Assembly (NCBI GenBank): GCA_951406725.2
Contig: OX597814.1
Span: forward strand, 10,168,001-10,232,000
Direction of reading: 5' to 3'
From: Octopus vulgaris
Lineage: Eukaryota
DNA length: 64,000 nucleotides
The notes beneath the pieces are model-generated. The model was given only the letters and a program-made list of their open reading frames with translations. It made no database searches and was not told the DNA's origin. Below, piece by piece: positions 14,432-27,890 of this stretch (position 1 is its first letter; each line of letters opens with the position of its first letter). Made by a program: the position numbers and the translations under genes.

Positions 14432-14600
14432 TGTGTTTACGTCCCCGTAACCTAGCGGTTCGGCTAAAAGACACTGATAGAATAAATACTAGGCTTGCAA
14501 AAATTAAGTCCTGGGGTCGATTTGTTCGACTAAAGACGGTGCTCCAGCATGGCCGCAGTCAAATGACCGAAAAAAGTAAAGGAATAAAAGACTAAAAGAA
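14432..14600 (+). mobile_element. CORE-type SINE (family 1), 3' part
   Basis: GTTTACGTCCCCGTAAC...GGTGCTCCAGCATGGCCGCAGTCAAATGA tail. Confidence 0.75.
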
Positions 14601-14639
14601 TTAATGAATTAACCGAATGCCGCTCTGAGAATGTTACAG

Positions 14640-15150
14640 GAATGAATTGGCAGAACCACTAAAATGTCGGAAAAAATTCTAGGTTTTTTTTGTGAAGTGT
14701 CGGAAAATATGCTCTGTGATATTTGTTCCGGCATTTTACGATCTAAGCTCAAATCCCACTGTACTCAACTTCACCTTCCATCCTGCGGCCATCCATAATT
14801 TACCACTGATCACGTACGAGGTCAATGCCATCGACTATTTCCAAACCCCAAATTCCGGGTACTGGGCTTCTGTTAGATAAAGTAAAAAAATACGGATTAG
14901 CAGAATTGTTGTGACCCTTTCGGAACTAGTCATCATCATCATCCTCATCATCATCGTTAACATGCCGGAAAAAATGCTTGGCGGCATTTCGTCCGTCTTT
15001 ACGTTCTGAGTTCAAATTCCGCAGAGGTCGACTTTGCTTTTCTTCTTTTTGGGTTCGATAAAATATATACCAGCTGAGTACTTGGGTCGATGTAATCGAT
15101 TACAACCCTCCCTCAAGTTTCAGACATTATGACTATAAGAGAAAGTATTA
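14640..15150 (+). mobile_element. Two degenerate Nin/Deu-domain SINE copies (family 2)
   Basis: 14965-15120 reads ACGTTCTGAGTTCAAATTCCGCAGAGGTCGACTTTGC...GGGTCGATGTAATCGA; a more decayed copy lies at 14640-14880. Confidence 0.65.
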
Positions 15151-16526
15151 TTATTATTGCTATTTATCTTAGTGGTGTTGGTTTTTCCATTTTCGCTGCT
15201 GCTAATGCTTTATTTTATATGAGCTGTTCCAAGCCTCACTTAAACATACTAATAACCAGTTGATCTCAGTATAGTGATGCTTTACTGTAAGCCATTAGAT
15301 CGATACAAAGCGTTATCTCAGAAATCAATGTCTCAAGAACAGGTGTTACGTAATCACTTTCGTTAGTTTACAGCTGTTGTTCTAAGTACGCGAGCACTCA
15401 GAGCTATGTTCTCATTTGACATCGCAACATGTTACGCCTTTCTGGGAGCCAAAGAAACTACTTAAATGACACCCACCCACTCACACAGATGCACACACAT
15501 ACACACACGCGCGCGCACTCAATATACTGATTTAACTAATCTGCGTATGTACTCACATTAAAAGTGGTACTCGCAATAAAAGCTCCTTTCGTGGATCAGA
15601 CGACAAACCACATAACAAACCAATATAGAGGGTGCAACGAATAGTCCCATGCAGTTGAAATCCAGTAAATCCAATCAGTAATGACTATTTCATTAGGAGT
15701 CGTTATTTATCCCACCAGTTAATAACTGTATGACTACACTCGTTTCGCAGCCATCATCAGAGAAAATTTAGTTATTTTAGTGTATAATAAATTATTTTAC
15801 ATGTCTGTATTTGTGTATATGTTATAAATTATATGGTACTATTGTACAATTTTCAAGGTAATACTGGTAAAGAAAACTTGATCTTCAGATCAAAGATTAA
15901 ATACTGAGTTGGTGAATGGATGTAGCCATGGTATTCTCCGAGCAACGAGTTCATCACATCTTTCACAAATGCTGACCATAGCCGGCGGTTGGCCTTAACG
16001 TTTGCTGGGACCTAACAATCCAGCTTGCAAATTTAACAGACGTCCCACTGGGAAAACAGGCACGTCGACTAGCGTGGATACCGTAGCCCCAATCGTCAAT
16101 CGTTGTTCAGGTGTAGAATTCATGTTTGGAGTTACGGTGGGAATGCAAGTTCATATATACTTTGGGGTGGTGAGATCCATAGCAGCTCATCTTGCCGTCG
16201 ATTGTCGACCGTCGCACATTTGCTGGCCAAGTCACCGCCGGTCATCGGAGCAGGCGTAACCTGAGTTTGAAGCGGGTGGTACACATGCTAGTTAACTCAT
16301 AGCTGGGGCCTAACAAATGCTACTACTCCGGGCCAGAGTAGACCTAGGAACAAATAATGGCTAAGAGTTGATTCAACACTCCTCAGAACTCTGGAACTCT
16401 CGAACCAAGGCGCCACTATCAAATGCAATTTAAAATCTTACCTATGATCAAGTGTTTATATGTGTGTTTGTATAAGCAAGAAAGGTGTGACATATGTGAG
16501 CAAGATTCTATATGCTTCTGTATATA

Positions 16527-16606
16527 TAATAATGATAATAATAATAATAATAATAATAATGATAATAATAATGATAATAATAATGATAATAATAATAATA
16601 ATAATG

Positions 16607-16666
<60 letters not shown>

Positions 16667-16930
16667 CTGATAATAATAATGATAATAATAATGATAATAA
16701 TAATAATAATGATAATAATAATGATAATAATAATAATAAAAATAATGATAATGATAATGATGGTGGTGGTAGTGGTGATGGTGATGGTGGTGATGATGAT
16801 GATGGTGATGGTGATGATGGTGATTGTGATGGTGATGATGGTGATGATGGTCGTGATGATGATGATGGTGATGATGGTGGTGGTGATGATGATGGTGATG
16901 ATGATGGTGATGGTGATGATGATGATGATG
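16527..16930. repeat. (TAA/TGA)n followed by (TGA/TGG)n microsatellite
   Basis: Read directly from sequence. Confidence 0.95.
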
Positions 16931-17378
16931 GGCCACAGTAAATATTCTGCTCAATACCACAGATTTGCTTGTCAGTTGCTTGACCTTAACAAGTTGAGCA
17001 TGTCCCTTAATGGCTGACGATATGTGCATCTCTGATCACGAGCAAAAGTAGTGGAGGTGCATCATAGCCATGTGTTGAGAGGAATTCTTTGGGATTTGAA
17101 TAATTCACCTTTGGAAACCTGGGTGCTTTGTTTATCATCCTTAAACAAACCTTATTCAGAGACCTTTTGAGCAGGATGGGCTACTCAACCTGAAAAAAAT
17201 TCTAACTGTGCCTCACCTACAAGTCGTGCACGATTATCTTGATATACGTCGAGCATATATGGTTGTAATGCATGTGCCTGGTATACTCTTATCAGACGGG
17301 TTGTCATGATGGGTATACAGGGCTTTGTATATTTTACCCTAGTGTCACTTTCATGGTATGCGCGGCTCTCTCACTCGA
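16930..17378. repeat. Unclassified interspersed repeat between (TGA)n and (TAA)n tracts
   Basis: Higher-complexity block bounded by trinucleotide repeats. Single copy here, so repeat status is inferred only. Confidence 0.3.
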
Positions 17379-17787
17379 TAATAGTAATAATAATATATAA
17401 ATTCATAAATACACATGCATACGCCCGCGCGCGCACTTACACACACACTCGCACGTGCGCGTGCACGTAATATTTTAGACCAAACATTTTGACCAATGGA
17501 CTGTTGATTATTCCCACTAAAATATAAGACTGGTAATTTATCTTATTGACTGTGACGTACGAAAGGCAAAAATCAATTAAAGAAAGATTTGAACTCAAGA
17601 TTCATGTGAGACAAGGTAAATACCTCCAGATATGATAGTGTTAAATGACAGCCGATATTTATTTCACTCATTGGTTGATCAATCTCCAGTTGTTTCGGTT
17701 TGTTTAGCTGTTTTAGGTTTACACCTTGATTTTACTTTCCATCCCATTTAACCGATTTGCGAAAAAGAGACAAGGAAACGGACAGGA

Positions 17788-18137
<350 letters not shown>

Positions 18138-18788
18138 AAGACAGAGAGAGAGAGAGAGGAAAGCAAAAGACCGTGATAAAAGTCAAAGGGGGCAAAGTGA
18201 ATGTATGTCAATATTTAGGGATACTGGACTAGTGTTATAACGTCTCAGGCAAACTTGATCATGTGAATAAAGCGAATTTTGCTCTCGCTAATGATTTCGA
18301 AGATTGTTATTCGGCGACTGAACAGAATACCTTGTGTGAAATTACAAAGGACAATACAACAAACAAAAAAAAAAAAGAAAAAAATATATATATAAATAAA
18401 TAAAAAGATCAAAAAGTATTAAAATAAAAAGTAACATCTCTTCCATCAATAGTAAAGAACAACGTTAACAATACAGCAAAATGCAACATGAAAATGAGAT
18501 AAAAAAAAACAAAACAGAATAGATTTTTTAAAAAAGAGAGCGATAATCGCGAAACAATTTAGCTGTGATCAGCAAATGAATATGTGTTTTGCGTGTGTGA
18601 AATCAGTAAATTGTTCACTTCCTGTGAAAAGAGATCAAATTAAACTTCAATTCAAGCGGAAACGACAGAAAGAAAAAAGGGAACACTAAGAGTACAGTTG
18701 TTATGTTAACTTTCGGCTTGAACCAACGTCAGTTCATACATACATACATACATTCATACATACATACATACATACATACATACATACA

Positions 18789-18819
<31 letters not shown>

Positions 18820-18823
18820 GTAC

Positions 18824-19377
18824 ATGATGGCTGTCCCCTCGTTATCGAGTATGGCCATTGCGCGAAGCTTAATCAATGTTGTTATCGTGCAATGCCTGTG
18901 CAAGAAGACTTTTTTAAAGTGAGGAAAGGCTGTGCACAGAGTCAATCCCACTCACTAAGCAACAACAGCCATAATCTGAAAAGAAGAACAAGTCAACATC
19001 ATCGGTAACCACTGAACCGCAGGTTTTATGTTGGAGTTATCCCAGTTACCTGAGTTACCTTCTCCTAGAAGGATGCCCTAACAAAGGCTAGGAGTCCTTC
19101 ACTCCCAATGGTTTAACCGCGCGATCGGGTATTCAGTCCGATTATTTCTATGTCCCCGCGCATGATACATCCTTAAGACATTTATTGGATGGCCGTTGAC
19201 TCTCAAGAATTTCTCCGCCCTTTGACGGGTTTTGTTTTTCATCCCGCAGAGTGTCCAATAAACACCCTCCTTACCAAGCGAGCTTGGTAAGGTTGCCGGT
19301 TTAGTCGCCGACGACCCGACCATGCAACAGGTTGTACTGGGTTACATGTTACCAGTAGCACTCTAAACTGACCTGAC
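18824..19377 (-). mobile_element. Short non-autonomous RTE derivative (5' head plus 3' tail)
   Basis: 19190-19377 is homologous to the RTE 5' end at 25140-25330. The 3' end ATGGCCATACTCGATAACGAGGGGACAGCCATCATG resembles the RTE end GTGGTCAAACTCTGCATAAGGAGTAGACAACCACCATG; (CATA)n on both sides; no ORF. Confidence 0.7.
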
Positions 19378-19566
19378 ATAACATACATACATACATACAC
19401 ATGAATCGAGGCAAGGGCATAACCACTTGGTCAAGGTGCCACGCAGTGGGATCGAAATCACCTGGTTTCGGATCCAATTCCACTGAGTGGCCTGCAACCT
19501 AAAGGATGTCAAACAGTGAAATGAATATATTCATCTCTCATATTGGTGATTTTATATGGTTCAATA

Positions 19567-19661
<95 letters not shown>

Positions 19662-20183
19662 GTATATATATATATATAATACATATATATATAATTGAGA
19701 TTTAGTTGAGTTAGGTACTTAAGTTGAAGCACCAAATAAGTGCGGTATTGTCCCTACAACTGAAAGTAAGGTGAATAAAATCAAAATAAACAACAGGATA
19801 TCAAGAGGTGATGCAGTACGGCCGTTTCAAGCGGCTCCATTTAATTGAACAATGCAATCATTACATCAATTTAAATGCAGGGCTATTCTCAGCTGCATAA
19901 ATAAATTCAGTTACTTAATCAGTTGAACACATTAGTATAATTTTATTTAAATTCTCTAATTGAGCAAGAAGATGGAAAAAGTCCATGTTGCTACTAATGT
20001 AGCTAAGAATATACTACACTTCTAAGAACTGTATGAAGTTTGTTAGGTTCATAGCTTGTAAAGGATTGTGGTTCATTTATATATATATATATACACACAC
20101 ACACATATATACATACATATATATATATATATATATGCGTACATACACACACGTGCACACACACGTACCCACATATGTATATG

Positions 20184-20256
<73 letters not shown>

Positions 20257-20758
20257 GCAATGATAACGATAATAAAATCTTGAAAAAAATCTGTAAAGAA
20301 GTGGAAGTTTTCAGCGCAGATGAAAACACAGTATGGGAGTGTAGATGAGATCAATAAACTAAAAAAAAAAAAAAACAAAAAGAAAAGAAGACGGATGCCA
20401 AGAATATATAGGATTTATCAATAGAAAAATCAGATGTTATCTATAGCAAAGAAAATATACTACAAAAAAACATCCTGCTGGTGTTTACTTTAATATCAGT
20501 TTCAAAACAACCTAAGTAGACGGAACCTTTTGTGAAATAAACACAAACAATTTAAAACAGTTCCACCACGCATCTCTCGCTTTCTCTATGCGCCTGCCTA
20601 CTTGCATACCTGGCTGTATGTCTGTCTATGTGACCATGTGTTGCGGAGGGAAGACTCTCAGGCATTTTCGATGTTATATACACGCAAACAATCGAATGAT
20701 CATTCAAACATATGTGTGTGCGTGGTGCGTGTGTTTGTGTATGTGTGAGTGAGAGTGT

Positions 20759-20790
<32 letters not shown>

Positions 20791-21148
20791 TTGTGTGTGT
20801 GTGTGCGTGCGTGTGTGCATGCTGACATACATAAAAACACGGATATATATTGGAAACATGCAGATGCTGCACAATTCACAGTAATTGATCCGGGCGTGGG
20901 TTTAGATAGGATATCTTGAGATACCAACATTGACATCCTATTCAGATACGGTTAAGAGATGTAAACACTGAATATCACTGAATGAATGAAAGAATAAACT
21001 GATGAATTAGATAAATGAATACATAAACAATGGCTTCTTTATGTTGAACAGCAAAATATAGAATCAATAAATGATAGTCGATAAGCGAGTGTAAAATGCA
21101 TAAGATCTATGACTTGGCATTCAGATATATCACTGTGTATAAAAATAC

Positions 21149-21368
21149 GGCAGAAACGTTAGCACGCCGGGCGAAATGCGTAGCCGTATTTCGTCTGCCG
21201 TTACGTTCTGAGTTCAAATTCCGCCGAGGTCGACTTTGCCTTTCATCCTTTCGGGGTCGATAAATTAAGTACCACTTACGCACTGGGGTCGATGTAATCG
21301 ACTTAATCCGTTTGTCTGTCCTTGTTTGTCCCCTCTGTGTTTAGTCCCTTGTGGGTAGTAAAGAAATA
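21149..21368 (+). mobile_element. Nin/Deu-domain SINE (family 2), low-divergence copy
   Basis: GGCAGAAACGTTAGCACGCCGGGCG...GACTTTGCCTTTCATCCTTTCGGGGTCGATAAATTAAGTACC...GTGGGTAGTAAAGAAATA; near identical to 37647-37880 and 44161-44392. Confidence 0.9.
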
Positions 21369-21460
21369 TGTGTATAAAAACACACATACACACACACACA
21401 CACGTACGAACTCATGCACGCACACACAGACACATAAATTCATACATGCATAATACATAC

Positions 21461-24400
21461 ATGGTGGTTGTCTACTCCTTATGCAGAGTTTGACCACCTC
21501 GTGTACCTACACCTTAGCACCATCATGGCATCTGATGCAACTTTTTAAACCAGACAATGTTCTGAAAGACACCCACATAATTACACATCCGATTTGGACC
21601 ACCAAGAGCTGCAGATAAGTTCTGATCTTTGTGGATTTTAAAAGGTCTTTTCAGGCTTCCGTTAGATTTGCAAACCTTCTGGCATACACTGCATTCACAG
21701 GTGTGCACAGACATATAGGCCTTTCATAACAAGTCCATGTTTCACAAGACTACAACAGGAATGGTAAGACAAATGATTTGTAAAGAGCCAGCTTTGTATT
21801 CTTATTTATATGTCGTTGGCACCAAACGCGTGACTACAAACAACCAAATGCTTTTGCTGCCCTTTGAATTCGCAAATGTATTTCTGTATCAAGACTTCCA
21901 TCATTTAGTACAGAGCTTCCAAGGTAGATGAATGAATCGACAGCCTCAAGTAACTTACCCTTAACAAATATTTCAGGGGTTTTCAAACAGTATCACACGC
22001 AGGTTGATGCATTACAGCTGTTTTTTTTTTTTTCAAGTTGATGGTCAAGCCAAAATCATCACAAACCGAGTCAAATGCAGATACAAGAGACTGCAGACCT
22101 GTTTCAGAATGATTGACAAGATCGCAATCGTCAGCATACAAAATTTCCCTAACGAATGAAGCGAAAACCTTCGTTTTGAAATTCATTCTGGTCAGATTAA
22201 AAACATTCCCTGTTCTTCAACAATATTTTATGTAGATACTTCCTCAGAGTTTTGAAAAGCATGTGACAACAGAACAGCAAAGTATATTGCAAAGAAGGTG
22301 GGTGCTTTGCTCCATTTTCCACGGCAAAAGATTCAGAAAGCCTACCACCAAAGTTAACTGTAGCTTTCATATCTTGATGCAAAGCCCTGATCATGTTTAC
22401 AAAATATTGGGGGCAACCTGTTTTCCTTAGAAAACCTCACTGAGACTCAGACACTATATTTGGAACTATGAAGGTATTTAAAAGTTCTAACAAAATGCGG
22501 ACAAATACCTTTCCAACCACAGACAAAAGTGAAATCCCACGAAAACTACCACACAGATCCTTTGGCCTCGATTTATACAAGGAGACTAAAATGGCATCAA
22601 TCCAGTCTTGAGGCACTTTCTTAATTCTCCAAAAGTGACAAATTAATATATTTAAGAGTTCAAACAGTTTGTCACCCCCATATTTCAAGACTTCTGTACA
22701 GATTCCATCAGACCTTGGAGACTCATTGTTATTCAGCTTATTTATAGGTAAATAAATGTCGTTTAGAGTTGGTCCAAATGCCATCTCCTCTATAATTGGA
22801 AGGTATTCGATTTTTTCTACCATCCTCATGTCAACGGATGATGGTCTATTCAAAAGTGCAGAAATATGTTCTACCCAGCGCTTATGAATAGAAGCTGTGT
22901 CAGTTAGAAGCGCACGTCCATTTGCTATTCTCACTGGGGCTATTGAAGAAGATATTGAGCCATATAACTCCTTAACATAAGAGTTCAAACCCTTGGCATC
23001 ATTTCTATCAGCTGCTTCTTGTGCCCCTTTTACTCTATCATTCCACCATTCCTGTTTAATTTTCCTAAGAGCAGTATGCGCTTTCTGTAAGCTTCGTTTG
23101 AGTTGGGATTCCAGGACTGAGAAAGAAGTGTATTGCCTAAGTTTTGTTTTTCTAAAAAAAGATCATGAATTTCTGCTGATCTATCTGAAAACCAGTCACT
23201 GGACTTACGTGATTTGAATCCCACTGACCGACATGCAGCCTGAAATACTTTTGTTTTGAAGTCTTCCCATAGATTGTTTGGGTCAAGATTGATACTTTCT
23301 GTAGTATCGTGGAATCTTTGCAAGTTGCTTCATAATTTAAAGTTTGCAACATTTAACATTTTGGGTAGCAGACTGTCGATTTTTAGGCATTATCGAAAAA
23401 TCTATTTTTCCACGGACTAGATGATGGTCAGTCCAGCTTTCTGCCCCTCTCATGGCCCGAACGCTAGAAAAGTTTTTCATATAACGTTTTCTGATCAGAA
23501 CATAATCTATGAGATGCCAGTGCTTAGATCTTGGGTACATCCAGGTGGTTTTATTTTTATTTTTCTGCTTAAACAGAGTGTTGGTGACAACTAGATTATT
23601 CTCAGTACAAAACGTCAAAAGAGCTACTCCATTTTTATTGCATTTTCCAATCTTCTGTCGACCTGGAACAGGCCATGAAACATAGTCCTTTCCATCTCTT
23701 GCATTGAAATCTCCTAATATGACCAGCTGTCAGAAATTGGTACATTCCTCAATAATTGTGCTAGATCATCATAAAACTGTCATAGAGATTCATCAGAATT
23801 GGACATTGTTAGTGCATAAATACTGACAACGGTAAGAAACCTAAACCTTGTCAGTTTAATACGGCATGGCATAATCTGCTCAGATATACTACTTGGACGC
23901 TCTGCAATGGAAGGCACTAATGTATTCTTGAGAGCAAACCAACACCAGATTCTCTACGCTGACCCTCAGGTAGGCTTCTCCATAAGATAGTAAGGAGGTT
24001 CATTTACTTGACCTTCACCAGAGAGACGAGTTTCAGAGACCGCACCTATACCAAAAGAATATTTCTTGAGCTCACATGCATTAAGTGCAGTACACTTTTC
24101 TAGCCTTTTGTTGAAAGTATCATCAAGAAGCGTGCATACATTCCAACACCCGAAATTCAAAGGATGTTTATTTTTACTTTTTATAGAAGATTGTTTGACC
24201 ACACTGACAGGATGACAACCGGGTCTAGCCTGTGCTACACTGGGACACCTGCTGAACCAGACCTGTTCCCCTGACGTTCCCACGCGTTTTTTGCCATTTA
24301 GTGAATCAGTTTGAGACATTTTAGAGTAAGTTGCAAGTGCATTTTTAGGTTTCTGCCAACCAACTAGTTCAATGATTTTATAGGAAGTACCTGTGCAGAT

Positions 24401-25330
24401 GAATAATTTTCAGTGGATGTAGCTTGCAGTACTCTAACTCCACCTATTGGCCCGAGAAGACGTTCGCCGGTGTGACAGGAAAATTGACAAAACCAGGAAC
24501 CTCCAAGGCCACAGGTTTTATTTCGGAGATTTCCTTCTCCTAGGTAGATTACCAACCAAGGTTAAAGAGCTTCTTCCTGCCCATGAGGTAAGGTATCCCA
24601 TTCCAGACACCAAACCGACACTCAAACACTTTATAAAGCCATCAAATATTATTCCGGTGATGGACGCAGAGTAGCTCATCATACGTAAAAAAAAAAAGAA
24701 TAGAAAAGAGAAGTACGATATGTGATTTGCAAATGTGAATAAGAATTAAATATAAAACCGATTGCAGCGTGGAAGGTGTTTATATGCCCTTTATTTGTGT
24801 GTTTTTAAATGGCTTATATACACCTTTCACGCTGCAATTGTTTTTGTTTCAGCAAACGATCTCAGATCAGGTCACTTGCTATGCAAGTACATCTCTGTAA
24901 ATTAAATGTAAATAATATATATATATATATATATACATATATAAAAAAATGTACGATATGTGAATAAGAATGAAATAAGAATTAAATATAAAAATATATA
25001 TAAATATAAAAAAAGTAAAAGATATGCAATTGAAAAATATAAAGTAAGATTTAAATATAAATAATATATAAGTAAAAATATAGAAATATATACTTGTAAG
25101 AAAGAAAAAAGATATATACATATTTACAGATATTTTGTTGGATGGCCGTTGACTGTTCAGGAGGTCTTCTTCCCTCTGACGGGTCTTAGTTTTCATCCCG
25201 TAGTGTGTCCAACAAGCCCCTCCTCACCAAGCAAGCCTGGTGGGGTTGCCTGTTTAGTCGCCGACGACCCGACCACGCATCAAGTTGTACTGGATTACAT
25301 GTTACCAGTAGCACTCAATAGCGACCTGAC
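21461..25330 (-). mobile_element. Full-span degenerate RTE-clade LINE (APE endonuclease, RT, C-terminal Zn-finger-like motifs)
   Basis: APE motifs GCWNVCTL, AVSETRL, TWMYPRSKHWHLIDYVL, TDHHLV; RT motifs FRGISLLSVVGKVFVRIL and ILYADD; C-terminal CSVCQKVCKSNGSLKR..KIH; about 1 kb 5' UTR; many stops, frameshifts and internal deletions. Confidence 0.92.
24753..24900. mobile_element. Penelope-like terminal-repeat fragment (family C) with an inverted duplication, inside the RTE 5' UTR
   Basis: 24800-24900 matches 47640-47742 and the reverse complement of 31085-31190; 24755-24790 is an inverted copy of 24808-24845. Confidence 0.6.
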
Positions 25331-25471
25331 ATACATACATACATACATACATACATACATACATACATACATACATACATAATACATACATACATACATA
25401 CATACATACATACATACATACATACATGCATACATACATACATACATACATACATACATACATACATACAT

Positions 25472-25885
25472 AGGGTCAGATATCGTTGTGTGAGACCATA
25501 AAGAAAGATATACATTCTGTTGTGGAATCAGCTGCTTTCTGGACACGAATGTGGTTAGAAAAATGCAAGAGGCGAAAGAGGATATCTATGGATTATTGAT
25601 ACGGAGTTTGCAAAACCGTTACCCTAGATACACTTACATTTTCATACTAATTATCATTGGCGCAACAGGATACATACCAACAGTCTAGTGCCATGTATGG
25701 CTGAACTTCGGATCTGGAGGAGAAAATTCAAATCCTTAATTCATATGCTGCAGATGATCGCGATATCTGGAATTATAAACATCCTTTAGAACTTAAGTTT
25801 TAAGGGATCATAGTCCCCTTCACAACCTAGCTACCAGTTAGATGGTCGGTCAAAATTTCCTCTAAAATCAAAAAGGGTAAGAGAA
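25472..25885 (+). mobile_element. R4/Dong-type non-LTR 3' fragment (restriction-like endonuclease)
   Basis: Translates SDIVV*DHKERYTFCCGISCFLDTNVVRKMQEAKEDIYGLLIRSLQNRYPRYTYIFILIIIGATGYIP, an RPD..(D/E)...K---Y...P-IIGA-G pattern; (CATA)n on both sides. Confidence 0.7.
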
Positions 25886-26112
25886 GAACATACATACATA
25901 CATACATACATACAAACATTCATAGACTAATGTGAATTATGAAGTTTCTATGCAATCACTCCAACTCTTAGAAATAGCAGCCAAATCTTACCATGAGAAA
26001 GGATATATTGCATAATGAAGTCTTCGATAGTTGAAAGGCTATTTGACCATAGGTGTGACTGACCAGAACTAAACAAGTACATCAACACACACACACACAT
26101 ACACACACACAC

Positions 26113-26194
<82 letters not shown>

Positions 26195-26490
26195 GTGTGC
26201 GTGTGTGTATGCGTGTATGTGTGTGCCTGGACTATTTCATCAAATGAAACTGTTCCACGTGAAACAATAATATGGCCACCACCGAATACTTCAGTTTTTC
26301 TTTTAGTTTTGATGTTTTTGTGAAGAATATCTTTTTTCGTGAATTGCTTGACAAGAATTTCTTGGGAAACTATTCGGTACTTGTGAAATTGATGGTAGTG
26401 AATGTGTGGTTGAGAATTTCAGTTCACAACCACATGGTTACAGGTTCGGGCAAGTGTCTTCTACTAAAGCCCCTAGCGATCAAGTCCATG

Positions 26491-26532
<42 letters not shown>

Positions 26533-26533
<1 letters not shown>

Positions 26534-26731
26534 TCTTTTACTTGTTTCAGTCATTTGACTGCGGCCATGCTGGAGCACCGCCTTTAGTCGAGCAAATCGA
26601 CCCTAGGACTTATTCTTTGTAAGCCCAGTACTTATCCTATCGGTCTCTTTTGCCGAACCGCTAAGTGACGGCGACGTAAACACACCAGCATCGGTTGTCA
26701 AGCGATGCTAGGGGGACAAACACAGACACAC

Positions 26732-26774
<43 letters not shown>

Positions 26775-26919
26775 TTCGACGGGCTTCTTTCAGTTTCCGT
26801 CTACCAAATCCAGTCACAAGGCTTTGGTCGGCCCGAGGCTATAGTAGAAGACACTTGCCCAAGGTGCCACGCAGTGGGACTGAACCCGGAACCATGTGGT
26901 TGGTAAGCAAGCTACTTAC

Positions 26920-26920
<1 letters not shown>
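26533..26920 (-). mobile_element. CORE-type SINE (family 1), low-divergence copy
   Basis: Reverse complement of the family 1 sequence including head, CORE-like segment, internal microsatellite and tail. Confidence 0.9.
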
Positions 26921-26977
<57 letters not shown>

Positions 26978-27783
26978 TACATATATATATTTGGTTCTTG
27001 TATTTGGTTTGCAAGATCCTTTATGTGAGTTCGTGTGTTGAAGCATATTCTGTTGTCTTTGGAGAGAGTCATTCTCTTTTAGTGCCTTATGATTTAACAC
27101 ACTCACCGGTAAAATTTCCACTTATTTCCTTGCTTTATTTTCCTGAAATTTTCGTTGCATCCTACAACCTTTTTTAATAGTTTTGACTATGTCCGTTATT
27201 CACACTGCGTTCCTTTTTGCTTGTTTGTGCGCATGTGTGTGGGCTAGTGTGTGTGTGTGAGCATATGCATGCATGTATATATGCATATGTGTGTTTTCAT
27301 GTATTTATGTATGTATATATGTATGTGCATATATATGTATGTATTCTGCATATTTATGTGTTTGCATGTCTGTGTCTGTGTTTGTGTGCTTTTGTGTATG
27401 TGTGTGTGTGTGTGTCCTAATACATTATCATCACAACAACTACCACCACCACCAACACATCGTCATGATCATGATGACGATCATGATGATCATCACCATC
27501 GATATCATAATCATCAACAGCAGCACTACCATCACCAACACCTCTAACACGATCACCACCACCAGCCAGCCAGCCAGCAAGCAAGCCAGCCAGCCTGCTA
27601 CCGGAGCCGGCACTACCTTTATCATCATTATCATCATCATCATCACCAGCCGGAATCACATGTCAGAAGGCAGAAAGAGAGATTGAGAGAGAGACAGAGA
27701 GAGAGAGACAGAGAGAGAGACAGAGAGCGAAAGAGAGAGAAGGAAAGAGAGGGAGAGATGAGGAGAGTTTCTTCCTCGCCTTC

Positions 27784-27832
27784 ACACACACACACACATC
27801 ACACAACACACACACACACCACACACACACAC

Positions 27833-27890
<58 letters not shown>

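Noticed and set aside
15890-16280. GC-rich block with an 85-aa ORF as a possible upstream Tbx20 exon
   Set aside because: No eh1 (FSI..I) or LW.KF...GTEMIITK motif; at best weak resemblance to a decayed LINE 3' end.
16482-16492. T-box half-sites AGGTGTGA (also at 26051) suggesting autoregulation
   Set aside because: Two 8-mers in 64 kb is close to chance expectation.
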